In this document: positions 18,129 to 26,660 of the stretch, one piece after another | Layout: each line of letters opens with the position of its first letter | Position numbering within the stretch: position 1 is the stretch's first letter | Source: a virus | Lineage: Duplodnaviria > Caudoviricetes | Strand: one strand, 5' to 3' | IMG/VR virus record: IMGVR_UViG_3300021357_000005 | Span: 1-37,393 of that record | Length of the DNA stretch: 37,393 nucleotides | Notes under the pieces: generated by a model | What the model was told of the DNA's origin: nothing | Seen by the model: the letters and a program-made list of their open reading frames with translations, nothing else | Database searches by the model: none | Made by a program: the position numbers and the translations under genes

Positions 18129-18542
18129 TTAATTTATTTCACCAATTCTTCTTCCAAAATCCATTAAAACTTTTTGTCTAACTCGGTATATCGTTCGTTT
18201 AGCATATCCATGCTTTATGCCAAATGAAGCCCAATCCATCCAACTATCCGCACCCCAATACTTCAATTCCATAAGCTTGCGAATATCACAGTCCTGTTCT
18301 TCTAACGTTTCCTTGATGCACTTCTTCCAAAGCTGCCGATTGACAATGTAAGGATCAGACAACTCTTTAATGACCTGTATCTCAACTGGATTACTTCTGA
18401 TATTACTCTTGCCACCACCGATATTCTCATCCGCTTCACGCATCTTGAGTTCTTCTTTACGAATAGCAATCTCTTTGTTGTAATTCGGATAATTTGCAAA
18501 CTTTCTGTCTAGTTCATTGATTAGATAATCGTTTCTTCCCAC
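18129..18542 (-). CDS. Late transcription activator (ArpU/RinA-like)
   Basis: DENIGGGKSN...PVE, LMELKYW, C-terminal HTH (AKRTIYRVRQK); last gene before the late leader. Confidence 0.85.
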   Translation of the reverse strand: MGRNDYLINELDRKFANYPNYNKEIAIRKEELKMREADENIGGGKSNIRSNPVEIQVIKELSDPYIVNRQLWKKCIKETLEEQDCDIRKLMELKYWGADSWMDWASFGIKHGYAKRTIYRVRQKVLMDFGRRIGEIN

Positions 18543-18556
18543 TCATCCATCCTCCA

Positions 18557-18676
18557 TCAATCAATATAATCTTTGATATACTCAACCAAAACTTTTAGCA
18601 ATCGCCTCTCGCTCTCTTTAATGGTAGTAGAGTCGGCGATAATGTCGTTTAGATCATTGATTAGTTTTTGTTTCAT
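18557..18676 (-). CDS. 39-aa hypothetical protein
   Basis: MKQKLINDLNDIIADST...; GGAGG RBS; ATGA-coupled to yopX. Confidence 0.5.
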   Translation of the reverse strand: MKQKLINDLNDIIADSTTIKESERRLLKVLVEYIKDYID

Positions 18677-19143
18677 GTCGCCTCCAATAATTCTGGATTC
18701 TCGTAGATATTGCCGATTGCTTTGATAGAATTACGAGGATCTTTTGTTAACTCACTAAGTTGTACGCATGACCCGAATTGCCTTGTCAGAAATCCTCTAG
18801 TGAACAAGCTTTCTACTTCTGAATGATGTTCTATCTCTTTTACTCCTATACATGTAAATCCGTGAAAAGCCCATTGCTCGCCTTCGTTGCTATAGCTAAT
18901 CCAACTTACGGGCGCATTGTATGTTCCACCGTATCTACCGTATTCAAAAACTCTAACAATATCCCCCTCAAATATTTCCACACCGTTCTTGTCTTTCAGG
19001 CCTGTTGATTGCATAATTTCATAGTCATCCGGACTCATTTCGGCATGTGTTAACAAACTCCCCGCTGATCCATGTTTCATTTTATTGAACTGTTTCACCG
19101 AGCCACCAAACGGTGTGTACCAAGCTCTAAATTTCGGTATCAT
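18673..19143 (-). CDS. YopX-family protein
   Basis: MIPKFRAW, IMQSTGLKDKNGVEIFEGDIV, IGNIYENPELL. Confidence 0.9.
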   Translation of the reverse strand: MIPKFRAWYTPFGGSVKQFNKMKHGSAGSLLTHAEMSPDDYEIMQSTGLKDKNGVEIFEGDIVRVFEYGRYGGTYNAPVSWISYSNEGEQWAFHGFTCIGVKEIEHHSEVESLFTRGFLTRQFGSCVQLSELTKDPRNSIKAIGNIYENPELLEAT

Positions 19144-19262
19144 TATTTTCCTCCCAATAATCTGATCACTTCTTTAATCTGCAGCTTCTGCCACTCCGTC
19201 AAATTAACAGAGCTTAAAATTAAGTCTTTCAGTATGTTGATTGCTAAATCGTTGTTGATCAT
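19143..19262 (-). CDS. 39-aa protein, paralog 1 (MINNDLAINIL...)
   Basis: GGAGG RBS, coupled at both ends; paralog at 19687-19824. Confidence 0.7.
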   Translation of the reverse strand: MINNDLAINILKDLILSSVNLTEWQKLQIKEVIRLLGGK

Positions 19263-19522
19263 TGTGGCACCTCCTTGTTATCAAACCTGTAAAAATTCTT
19301 AACAATATTTTCCGCAGTTTCTATCCCGCGTAGATACCCTTGTTTGTACTGAGACTGATAATGTGGATATACTGGGTCTTCGGCATCGTTCTCACAGTCT
19401 TCATATGCTTTGTCTAATATCTTTACTAACTTCTGCTTATTTTCATCCTCGCCTTGTAACATCAAGATGAGTTCTTGCTTTGTACAACTAGAAAGCTTTT
19501 TATTATATTCGAGGGTCATCAC
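19259..19522 (-). CDS. Hypothetical protein
   Basis: 87 aa, AGGAGG RBS. Confidence 0.6.
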   Translation of the reverse strand: MMTLEYNKKLSSCTKQELILMLQGEDENKQKLVKILDKAYEDCENDAEDPVYPHYQSQYKQGYLRGIETAENIVKNFYRFDNKEVPQ

Positions 19523-19531
19523 TCTTCCTCC

Positions 19532-19645
19532 TTAGTAACCTCTGTTTATTTTCTCTAAAATATTAACTACTTTCTGAATCTCGACTCTAATACCAGAAAG
19601 GGCCAATGATATAGAGATTAAAGCAATAAATATTAGAAATTCCAT
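19532..19645 (-). CDS. 37-aa single-TM peptide
   Basis: MEFLIFIALISISLALSGIRVEIQKVV...; GGAGG upstream. Confidence 0.45.
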   Translation of the reverse strand: MEFLIFIALISISLALSGIRVEIQKVVNILEKINRGY

Positions 19646-19686
19646 CACTCATTCCTCCTGTTCTTGCACCCATCTAGAAAATACTT

Positions 19687-19824
19687 CTAAATCTTTGTAC
19701 CATTCATTTCCCCTCCCAACAGTCTAATAGCCTCTTTAATCTGCTCTTTCTGCCATTCAGTTAGATTAACAGACGTAAGAATTAAATCTTGCAGTATGTT
19801 GATAGCCAGATCGTTGTTTATCAT
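19687..19824 (-). CDS. 45-aa protein, paralog 2 (MINNDLAINIL...)
   Basis: AGGAGG RBS; near-identical protein to 19143-19262. Confidence 0.7.
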   Translation of the reverse strand: MINNDLAINILQDLILTSVNLTEWQKEQIKEAIRLLGGEMNGTKI

Positions 19825-19887
19825 GTTTTTCCTCCTTTATTGAATCGGTTAATGTAGTTTGTGACCATCATTTTTGAGGGTCACAAA

Positions 19888-20061
19888 TCATTTTCCTTCC
19901 AACATCTCAATAATTTCGTTCATTTTTTCAGTTACTTCATCAATTTGCTTTGTAATAAATGATTCACCACCCGCGACATCCCATTCACGAAAATACGCTC
20001 GTTCGAGTAGTACATTTACTATTCTGATATCTTCTAGTGTTTCAGCATCACTCTTGAGCAT
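19888..20061 (-). CDS. 57-aa hypothetical protein
   Basis: MLKSDAETLEDIRIVNVLLERAYFREWD...; GGAG upstream; fills the operon gap. Confidence 0.5.
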   Translation of the reverse strand: MLKSDAETLEDIRIVNVLLERAYFREWDVAGGESFITKQIDEVTEKMNEIIEMLEGK

Positions 20062-20449
20062 TAGCCATTCTCCATTCCGCGAAGGCTGCTAGGACTTGTG
20101 TCTGCTGATCTGGAGTCAACGCTATATATGCTAGAGAAACTGAATCAAGTGATTCTCCAAGTACAAGCAAGTAAACAGCGTCCACAGGAGAATTTCCTTG
20201 TTCTTTAACCGACCATTCCAACCAATCCAACACGATCTGCTGGTTTTCGTTGAGTTCATACGGCAACATATCTCGAAATTTATATGTGTTATCAATTAGC
20301 CAATATCTAAGATATGGATTATCTATATAGTTATGGCCTGAATTGTAAATTAAATCATTCATAATCCGATCGAATGATCCTTTTGTAAGATTGTGCTTAT
20401 CAATCCATTCTTTTACGAACTCAATCGTCATATTTTCTTCCATTCTCAC
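20048..20449 (-). CDS. Hypothetical phage protein
   Basis: LNENQQIVLDWL...QVLAAFAEW motif, common in enterococcal phage early regions (from memory). Confidence 0.65.
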   Translation of the reverse strand: MRMEENMTIEFVKEWIDKHNLTKGSFDRIMNDLIYNSGHNYIDNPYLRYWLIDNTYKFRDMLPYELNENQQIVLDWLEWSVKEQGNSPVDAVYLLVLGESLDSVSLAYIALTPDQQTQVLAAFAEWRMANAQE

Positions 20450-20451
20450 AC

Positions 20452-20967
20452 CTACACTTTCTCGACTGTGCCGCCAGTGATATATGCGGTATACATTGCC
20501 GTTTCCTCATTGTCAAAGAGGATCGGCTTTTTCTTCGTGCTGTCGAAAGCCCAATGTAACGAGTTGCCATATCCTGCTTCTATTGATGTCAGACAGTATT
20601 TTTGATCATTAATTATTTTCCACTTAGGCTCTTCCTCGACCTCGTAGCCGTCTAGCATACGTACAAGTGTCTCAATCGATTTGCCATTTTTATTATCAAA
20701 CCATTTACCAAACTCACTATCGTCGCTCGCATAGTCCTCAAACATATAGTCTAGAATCGCTCGATCTAGAACGTACTTATTAGTTTCGAACCACTCAGCC
20801 ACAAAAGCCGGCACTTTGACTTTCTGCGGTTCGTCCAGTCGATTTACTAGATCCAAAATATAAGCTATTAACGCATATTCTGATTCATGCTCGTTTTTTG
20901 TGTCGCCATGATCACCTGCGCCCAAACTAATATCTTTAATCTTTTTAATCAGTTCTTGTTTATCCAT
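20452..20967 (-). CDS. DUF1642-like protein
   Basis: LDEPQKVKVPAFVAEWFE...LDGYEVEEEP. Confidence 0.75.
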   Translation of the reverse strand: MDKQELIKKIKDISLGAGDHGDTKNEHESEYALIAYILDLVNRLDEPQKVKVPAFVAEWFETNKYVLDRAILDYMFEDYASDDSEFGKWFDNKNGKSIETLVRMLDGYEVEEEPKWKIINDQKYCLTSIEAGYGNSLHWAFDSTKKKPILFDNEETAMYTAYITGGTVEKV

Positions 20968-20998
20968 TTCATACCTCTTTTCTCTTTGATAGACTGAG

Positions 20999-21334
20999 TT
21001 ACTGGAATTTTAATCTTTGATTAGGGAAATCATCTGCGTAGATTTCGATTACCCCAAAAAGCTTTTTGGCTGGCTGAGCTTTTCCATACATATCCGGATC
21101 GAGCAATCTTTCATAATAATCCCGCCCGATCGTTTTTTCTTTGTATTGGTATCGAATCGCTTTTAAATAATAGACAGCAGTGTGACTTAAATATAAATAC
21201 TTAGCTAGTTCTGCTGATATATTAAGCACAATAATTTTGTTTTGGTTCTTATGCCCACAATTCAAAAGTGCAGGCACATTATCCTTTTCATCTTTTACAG
21301 AGTCGACATAATCAGTAGCTAAAATACTTTTCAA
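20999..21334 (-). CDS. Hypothetical protein
   Basis: 111-aa ORF in operon orientation. Confidence 0.55.
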   Translation of the reverse strand: MKSILATDYVDSVKDEKDNVPALLNCGHKNQNKIIVLNISAELAKYLYLSHTAVYYLKAIRYQYKEKTIGRDYYERLLDPDMYGKAQPAKKLFGVIEIYADDFPNQRLKFQ

Positions 21335-21358
21335 ACCTCCTTATAAGTTGAGACCTTC

Positions 21359-21655
21359 CTAATCAATCATCTTTAATACATCGTCATCAATAAACTTAAA
21401 CCGATCTTGATGTAACGCATTTTTCCAATTGTATTTTTCATCTAAATAGTTCATTTCGCTTTTGAGCTTCTCAATCTCGACAATACATAATTCTGACTGG
21501 CTAACAGCCTGCCAATATTTTTGCGTTGTATGCGAAGGAGTCAATGCCAATTCTTGAATAGTTTGATCTGCTCGACTCTTTTTCCTAACGTACTGTTTCA
21601 GCAGTTTTACTTGCTCTTTGAGGATTAGCCCGTAATATCGATCCATGATATTCAC
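21359..21655 (-). CDS. Hypothetical protein
   Basis: 98 aa, AAGGAG RBS. Confidence 0.6.
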   Translation of the reverse strand: MNIMDRYYGLILKEQVKLLKQYVRKKSRADQTIQELALTPSHTTQKYWQAVSQSELCIVEIEKLKSEMNYLDEKYNWKNALHQDRFKFIDDDVLKMID

Positions 21656-21688
21656 TTTACCGACTCCTTTCCGATTTGATAGGCGTGG

Positions 21689-21784
21689 TTAGTGTATGTT
21701 TAGTAACTCTGGATTTTCGTAGATGCATTCTGTACACCATGCTCCATGTTCCTTGAGTTTTTCAATCACTTCTTGTTTATCCAT
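21689..21784 (-). pseudogene. 31-aa chimeric deletion remnant (DUF1642-like start fused to YopX-like end)
   Basis: MDKQEVIEKLK...CIYENPELLNIH; compare MDKQELIKKIK (20967) and NIYENPELL (18673 gene). Confidence 0.6.
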
Positions 21785-21980
21785 TTTCTTCCTCCTTCTG
21801 CTTCATCAACTTTTTAGTAAACGGATTTCTTTCGTACAGCTCGCCTGACTCAATATTAATCACAATCACAATGCCATTCACTTCTGCTGAGAAATGAACA
21901 TCATCCCACTGCCGATAATTTCTAAGCCGCTGATAGCCGTATTTTGACGCAATTTCACGAATTAATTTTTTGGGCATCAA
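21777..21980 (-). CDS. Hypothetical protein
   Basis: 67 aa, coupled ORF. Confidence 0.6.
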   Translation of the reverse strand: MMPKKLIREIASKYGYQRLRNYRQWDDVHFSAEVNGIVIVINIESGELYERNPFTKKLMKQKEEENG

Positions 21981-22219
21981 CTAATCCGCCTCCATTTCCG
22001 AATCGGCCCTTTTCGTCCGTTCGCTTGGCAAGCAAGTAAATCAAATTGTACGCCTGCACGGCTCTTTGTGCGTTTATGTTTTTCATCCACAGTGTCACGA
22101 TGAACGACATGCTTATCGCCTTTGCGGTCTTCTACAATGATGATATTTTTGTACGGCTGATCAGGATATTCGATTTCTTCACCTTCGATGTACTCGCCGA
22201 AAATATTAATTGTTTTCAT
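21977..22219 (-). CDS. Hypothetical protein
   Basis: 80 aa, coupled ORF. Confidence 0.6.
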   Translation of the reverse strand: MKTINIFGEYIEGEEIEYPDQPYKNIIIVEDRKGDKHVVHRDTVDEKHKRTKSRAGVQFDLLACQANGRKGPIRKWRRIS

Positions 22220-22573
22220 CTAAATTCCCTCTTTACCTTTTTTTCGCCTGTTATTTTTGGGTAATCCATGCTTCCTTCTGACATAAGCAAATGTTTTGAT
22301 GTCCATCCTGAATATTTCCCTCATCTGTTGGACAGTCTTTCCTTTTTTTATTTGATAAATAATTTCTTCTTCCAGCCCCAAACGTACATCAAGGTATCTT
22401 TGGTGTTTAATATCTATTCCGTTTTGCGGTAAAATTACTTCGTTTTTCTCAAGAATTTCCATTATTTTTTTATGTTTCTCGCATTTTGAACTGTCTAAGT
22501 ACCATTCTGGATCATTGATAAGCAGTAATAATTCGCTCCATGCCTGTTGCTGTGCTGGTGTTTTCCTTCTCAT
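22220..22573 (-). CDS. Hypothetical protein, possible C-terminal HTH
   Basis: KGKTVQQMREIFRMDIKTFAYVRRKHGL; AGGAGG RBS. Confidence 0.6.
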   Translation of the reverse strand: MRRKTPAQQQAWSELLLLINDPEWYLDSSKCEKHKKIMEILEKNEVILPQNGIDIKHQRYLDVRLGLEEEIIYQIKKGKTVQQMREIFRMDIKTFAYVRRKHGLPKNNRRKKGKEGI

Positions 22574-22584
22574 ATAAACACCTC

Positions 22585-23028
22585 CTAGAACGGCAGATCG
22601 TCTTCCCCGATGTCGATTGACGAGCCACTAAATGGATCAGCATTTGGTTTACTATTACGGTTATTACTATATGAATTGCCTGAAGAATTGTTTTGTGGGC
22701 TTCCTTTACTCTTTCCTCCAGGGAAACTAAAGTTACTCACTACGATTTCGGTAATATACTTTTTATTTCCTTGTTGATCTTCATAATTTCTCACTTGGAG
22801 TCTTCCAACCACTAAAATCTCGTCGCCTTTTTTAAAGTAATTAGCAACTGTTTCAGCTGTCTTGCCCCAAAACACAAGGTTGATCCAATCGGTCTCTCTA
22901 TTTCCGTTAGCATCTTTAAAGTCTCTCGTAGATGCAATACTTACAGAACCAACTGCTTTTCCTGACTGTGTATATTTTAAATCGATGTCTTTACCTAATT
23001 TCCCTTGCAAAACCACATTGTTAATCAT
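22585..23028 (-). CDS. ssb: Single-stranded DNA-binding protein
   Basis: MINNVVLQGKL..D.DLKYT.SG, GRLQVRNYEDQQG, acidic tail DDLPF. Confidence 0.95.
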   Translation of the reverse strand: MINNVVLQGKLGKDIDLKYTQSGKAVGSVSIASTRDFKDANGNRETDWINLVFWGKTAETVANYFKKGDEILVVGRLQVRNYEDQQGNKKYITEIVVSNFSFPGGKSKGSPQNNSSGNSYSNNRNSKPNADPFSGSSIDIGEDDLPF

Positions 23029-23366
23029 CTAATTTTCCCCCCCAAATTTTTTATTGATCTCTCGCCATTCACTATTTCGATTGCTTGTTCTAAATTCCAA
23101 GCGACACCGTTCAAAATTTTGTTATCCTCTGCTGCTTTCAAAAATTTAATCTGATCATCAGAAGGTTTCCCTTTTCCAATTTTCACTTCTACAAAGAACA
23201 GCTTGCCATCCGTACTTCGTGCCCCGAATAAATCTGGAAACCCTTTTTCTAGGCCTTGTCCTCTCGTCTTATGAGTTAGTTTCTTGCCCGAATCAACTTG
23301 CCAGCACTTATGCCCTAAACGCCGCAACTCCTGTTTAATCTGCTTTTGAAGTTCTAATTCGTTCAA
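23025..23366 (-). CDS. VRR-NUC domain nuclease (putative Holliday junction resolvase)
   Basis: GFPDLFG...FFVEVK...GKPSDDQIKFL, a PD-(D/E)xK motif. Confidence 0.85.
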   Translation of the reverse strand: MNELELQKQIKQELRRLGHKCWQVDSGKKLTHKTRGQGLEKGFPDLFGARSTDGKLFFVEVKIGKGKPSDDQIKFLKAAEDNKILNGVAWNLEQAIEIVNGERSIKNLGGKIR

Positions 23367-23563
23367 ATGTCTATCACTCCATTTTTCTTCTCAAATTCAG
23401 CTATATCTATCGCAAGCCATTTCGTTTCTTCTGCCATATCGATTAGATTGTTCTCGTATAGAATCGCAACTTGCTTTTCTAACAATTTAACTAGCTTGCT
23501 TCTCTTTAATCCGTTTTCTTTTAGAATTTCTAAATAAGTTTCGCCGTCCATCAGCCTCTCCAT
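23363..23563 (-). CDS. Hypothetical protein
   Basis: 66 aa, between dnaB and the VRR-NUC gene. Confidence 0.6.
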   Translation of the reverse strand: MERLMDGETYLEILKENGLKRSKLVKLLEKQVAILYENNLIDMAEETKWLAIDIAEFEKKNGVIDI

Positions 23564-24789
23564 TCATCAAAATCGATGCTGAAATCCATGTGCTTTTTGT
23601 CAAAAATGAAAGGTGCTATACCTGTCATGCCTTCTCTATTTTTAGCAACATCACAACGTATCTTTCGACTATCTTTTTCATCGGTAGATAGTAGCAAGGT
23701 TACGTTTGCATCTTGTTCTAGTGATCCTGACTCTTTCAAATCGCTTAACATTGGTCGTTTGTCTTGGCGTTGTTCGACAGCACGACTCAATTGAGCTAAT
23801 AAAATGATCGTAATACCATAATCAGTCGTGAGCTTTTTCAGTTCTCTAGTTACTTCATTCATTACTTGACGTTCATTTTTACGAGCGTCATTCACTGTTA
23901 TTAGTCCTGCGTAATCTACGAAAGCAACATATCGCTTATCTCCAATGCGCTTTTTGATTGCATACTTAATGTCATTCAAATTCGAATACTCGGAAGTGAA
24001 CACTCGCATATCGAATGATCTCTTCATAGCCTCATATGCTTCTCTTGCTTTTACTTTGTTATCAGGACTTAGTTTGTCTTTTCCAACGAATAGTAACGAA
24101 TTGATATTAGTCACTTTGGAAACTAAGCGTGTCATCAGTTCGTTTTGACCCATTTCAAAAGTAAAGAAGTCACAAGCCACATCATCATTTTTAGTAAACA
24201 ACTCATACATGATATTCAAAGCGAAAGCCGTCTTCCCGGCAGCAGGCCTTCCTGCCAAAACGATCAACTTACCTCCTGTTATTCCGCCACCTAAAAAGTC
24301 ATCTAGTGGTTTATAAGTTGTCATTGCATTGCTGGGTCTATCCAAGCTATCGCAAAATTCAGCGAACGCTACGTCTAATCTGCCATCAGACTTGATATGA
24401 TTGACCTCACGCTTTTCTTCTAGCAGTCGCTGTAACTTGTCCCCGTCTGTTTTAGAAAGCGTCTGAGCGTAATCTGTGGACGCTGTGTGTAATTTGCGGT
24501 CTAAGTAGGCATTGTGTATCTGTCTCGCTAACTCTCTTTCGATTCCTAACTGAGGTGCTAAGCCTTTTAGTGTTTCAAGATCGTCAACCGTTCCAGCGCT
24601 AAACAAGTCAATACTTCTCATTTCTCGATAGACTTGTTCTGTTGTGTAGTTCATTCCTCTAAGCCGAGTTAATGCTTCTACAATCATCTTTTGTTGAGGA
24701 CTCTCAAACCATTCAGAATCAATATCAATGCTCGTAATGATCGATGGGTTGTTTAGCATTTCTGCAACTAGACTAAGTTCATTGTTCAT
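23551..24789 (-). CDS. dnaB: Replicative DNA helicase (DnaB family)
   Basis: AGRPAAGKT, FEM, FVDY, LAQLSRAVEQRQDKRPMLSDLKESGSLEQDA, AKNREG. Confidence 0.95.
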   Translation of the reverse strand: MNNELSLVAEMLNNPSIITSIDIDSEWFESPQQKMIVEALTRLRGMNYTTEQVYREMRSIDLFSAGTVDDLETLKGLAPQLGIERELARQIHNAYLDRKLHTASTDYAQTLSKTDGDKLQRLLEEKREVNHIKSDGRLDVAFAEFCDSLDRPSNAMTTYKPLDDFLGGGITGGKLIVLAGRPAAGKTAFALNIMYELFTKNDDVACDFFTFEMGQNELMTRLVSKVTNINSLLFVGKDKLSPDNKVKAREAYEAMKRSFDMRVFTSEYSNLNDIKYAIKKRIGDKRYVAFVDYAGLITVNDARKNERQVMNEVTRELKKLTTDYGITIILLAQLSRAVEQRQDKRPMLSDLKESGSLEQDANVTLLLSTDEKDSRKIRCDVAKNREGMTGIAPFIFDKKHMDFSIDFDEWRG

Positions 24790-25663
24790 ATGCTTCAGCT
24801 ATCTTCCTTTGTGATTCTGCTATTTCATCAGAGATTGAGGAGTTCATCTGTGGTTTATGTTCATTCAAGTAATCATCAAACTTGTTCCCAAAGAGCGTTG
24901 CTGGTCTTAGGTATTTGTTCATCTCTTGATTGTTTATCCACTGACCTGTTTTTACATCAATCACTTTTTTAAAATCATCAAGCCTTTGACCTTCATTCCA
25001 TCTTGCTTTGATCAGGTCTTTCCATTTTTGAGTAACTTTAAATGATTTGCTTGTTTTGTTGTTCAAGTATTTGATTATTTTTGAATAAGGAATATTATTC
25101 TTTGACGATTCGTCATACGATTCGTGGTACGATTCGTGGTACGATTCGGGGTACGATTCTTCATTGTCATTGTCATTGTCATTGTCATTAAAAATAATAG
25201 GAACATTTCTTTTCTTTAATTCATTTTCAAATAATTCTTTAACAGTCTTATCAAAATCTCGTGTTGATCGTCCCCAAAAAATCATCAAGTTTTCATAAAC
25301 TTTTAAAATAAGTTCATCGTTATTGATTTTTGATAATTCTTTAATCAGCAAGTCAGCAACAGGTTTTCCACCTTTAACAATGCTGTACTTTAAAGAATTC
25401 AATACTGCGATTTCTTGCGTTTCGTAGTCATAAACAATGTTGCTGTACTTCGATTCAAATCGTTCTAAAATCACAGATACTGACTCAACTGTATATCCTG
25501 TTTCAAAACTAATCAACCGTTTAGGCAATTTGTAAATACCTACTTGCGTTGTATGCGGATTCGTCATCAGATAAAGCAAAAAGTACTTATCTTCGACTGA
25601 ATACTTATCAATCACCTTTGAATCTTCCCAAAACGCCGTGTCTACAATTCTCTTAATACTCAA
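24779..25663 (-). CDS. Replication initiator with conserved phage C-terminal domain
   Basis: N-terminus FWED.KV...EDKYFLLYLMTNPHT.Q.G.Y; C-terminus IIKYLN.KT...YLRPATLFGNKFDDYLN; internal iterons. Confidence 0.85.
   Translation of the reverse strand: MSIKRIVDTAFWEDSKVIDKYSVEDKYFLLYLMTNPHTTQVGIYKLPKRLISFETGYTVESVSVILERFESKYSNIVYDYETQEIAVLNSLKYSIVKGGKPVADLLIKELSKINNDELILKVYENLMIFWGRSTRDFDKTVKELFENELKKRNVPIIFNDNDNDNDNEESYPESYHESYHESYDESSKNNIPYSKIIKYLNNKTSKSFKVTQKWKDLIKARWNEGQRLDDFKKVIDVKTGQWINNQEMNKYLRPATLFGNKFDDYLNEHKPQMNSSISDEIAESQRKIAEAYEQ
25104..25190. repeat. Iteron-like repeats / putative replication origin inside the initiator gene
   Basis: ACGATTC at 25105, 25117, 25129, 25141 and 25153 (12-bp period), followed by TCATTG x4 plus TCATTA; AT-rich flanks. 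Confidence 0.75.
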
Positions 25664-26399
25664 TCGGATAACCTCCTTCTTCCATGCGGTTTTTCCAATT
25701 AGTCCAACTAGTAGCTTTTATCGCCATTGTTCTTAATTCATCTAAATCTGCTCCATATTCATAAAACGCTTTTTTTAAAGATATGATTGCCAAGTTATCA
25801 TCCACATTTGGTAACCTGTTTCTTAAAATTCCGCGAATATAATAAAGATTTTTTTCATCCTCATTTTGTGGATTTAAAATAAAATGAGCGATACTTCCGA
25901 TTTTTTTTAACGCTTTTTCTGCGTTATCTGGGTATTGCGTTGCTGATTTTTCAATAGACTCGCATAAGGTATCGTATTCATATTCTTTCAATAACTTCTT
26001 TAGCAATTTCTTGCCTGTTTCATTAACAATAGCTCCAGTTTCTTCTTCAAACTCTTCCGCCAAAGCCTCGACAAGTTCGTTATCTAAGTCCTTTAATTCA
26101 CGCCTCCATTTCAACATCATTTCGATTTGATTTTTGCGCTCATTCAACTCTTTTAGCTGATCTAATTGTTTGTCTAGTTCGTTATGTTCAGATAATTTTT
26201 TATCCGACTTACCTCTGTTGCAATCAAAACAAGAAGTTACTAAATTCAAAATGTCATTCGTCCCACCTTTTGAAACAGGTTCGATATGATCTACTTCTAA
26301 AACAACACTCGGTGCCGATTTACCGCAATATTGGCATGTAAATGAATCTCTCTTGAACACCTCAAATCTTAATTTTTTACTAATTGGTTTCCTACTCAC
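25653..26399 (-). CDS. HNH endonuclease with long helical C-terminal region
   Basis: RFEVFKRD.FTCQYCG...LEVDHIEPVSKGG.NDILNLVTSCFDCNRGKSDK. Confidence 0.85.
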   Translation of the reverse strand: MSRKPISKKLRFEVFKRDSFTCQYCGKSAPSVVLEVDHIEPVSKGGTNDILNLVTSCFDCNRGKSDKKLSEHNELDKQLDQLKELNERKNQIEMMLKWRRELKDLDNELVEALAEEFEEETGAIVNETGKKLLKKLLKEYEYDTLCESIEKSATQYPDNAEKALKKIGSIAHFILNPQNEDEKNLYYIRGILRNRLPNVDDNLAIISLKKAFYEYGADLDELRTMAIKATSWTNWKNRMEEGGYPIEY

Positions 26400-26542
26400 T
26401 TTTTATCCTCCTCTTTTTCTAAAGCCTTCATAACCAAAAGAATTACAGCTGCTGTAAAAGAAACGATATAATTATTCTTTTGAAATTCTTCGATTTTTGT
26501 CGCTAACTCACTTGGGAAGAATATTGCTTTTTGAATCCTCAT
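26396..26542 (-). CDS. 48-aa ribbon-helix-helix (CopG/Arc-like) regulator
   Basis: Not in the ORF track: MRIQKAIFFPSELATKIEEFQKNNYIVSFTAAVILLVMKALEKEEDKK; AAAGGAG RBS; GTGA-coupled to HNH; beta-helix-helix pattern. Confidence 0.6.
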   Translation of the reverse strand: MRIQKAIFFPSELATKIEEFQKNNYIVSFTAAVILLVMKALEKEEDKK

Positions 26543-26557
26543 AACTTCATCTCCTTT

Positions 26558-26604
26558 CTATAATTATATAATACTACTATAAAAAATAAAAATCAACTAT
26601 AAAA
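26558..26604 (-). promoter_or_regulatory. Promoter with direct-repeat operators for the RHH-HNH-rep operon
   Basis: TTGATT(26591-96)-N17-TATTAT(26568-73); ACTATAAAA at 26576 and 26596, CTATAA at 26558. Confidence 0.55.
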
Positions 26605-26634
26605 TTTATATTATTTAATATTTTTACACTTTGC

Positions 26635-26660
26635 AAAAAAAAGAAGGCGTAAACCTTCTT
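26635..26660 (-). terminator. Intrinsic terminator after DUF968-like gene
   Basis: Minus strand AGAAGG-TTTACG-CCTTCT followed by a T-run. Confidence 0.65.

Noticed and set aside
25104-25190. CRISPR-like array
   Set aside because: The 12-bp and 6-bp tandem periods have no spacers and are in-frame inside the initiator gene; they fit iterons.
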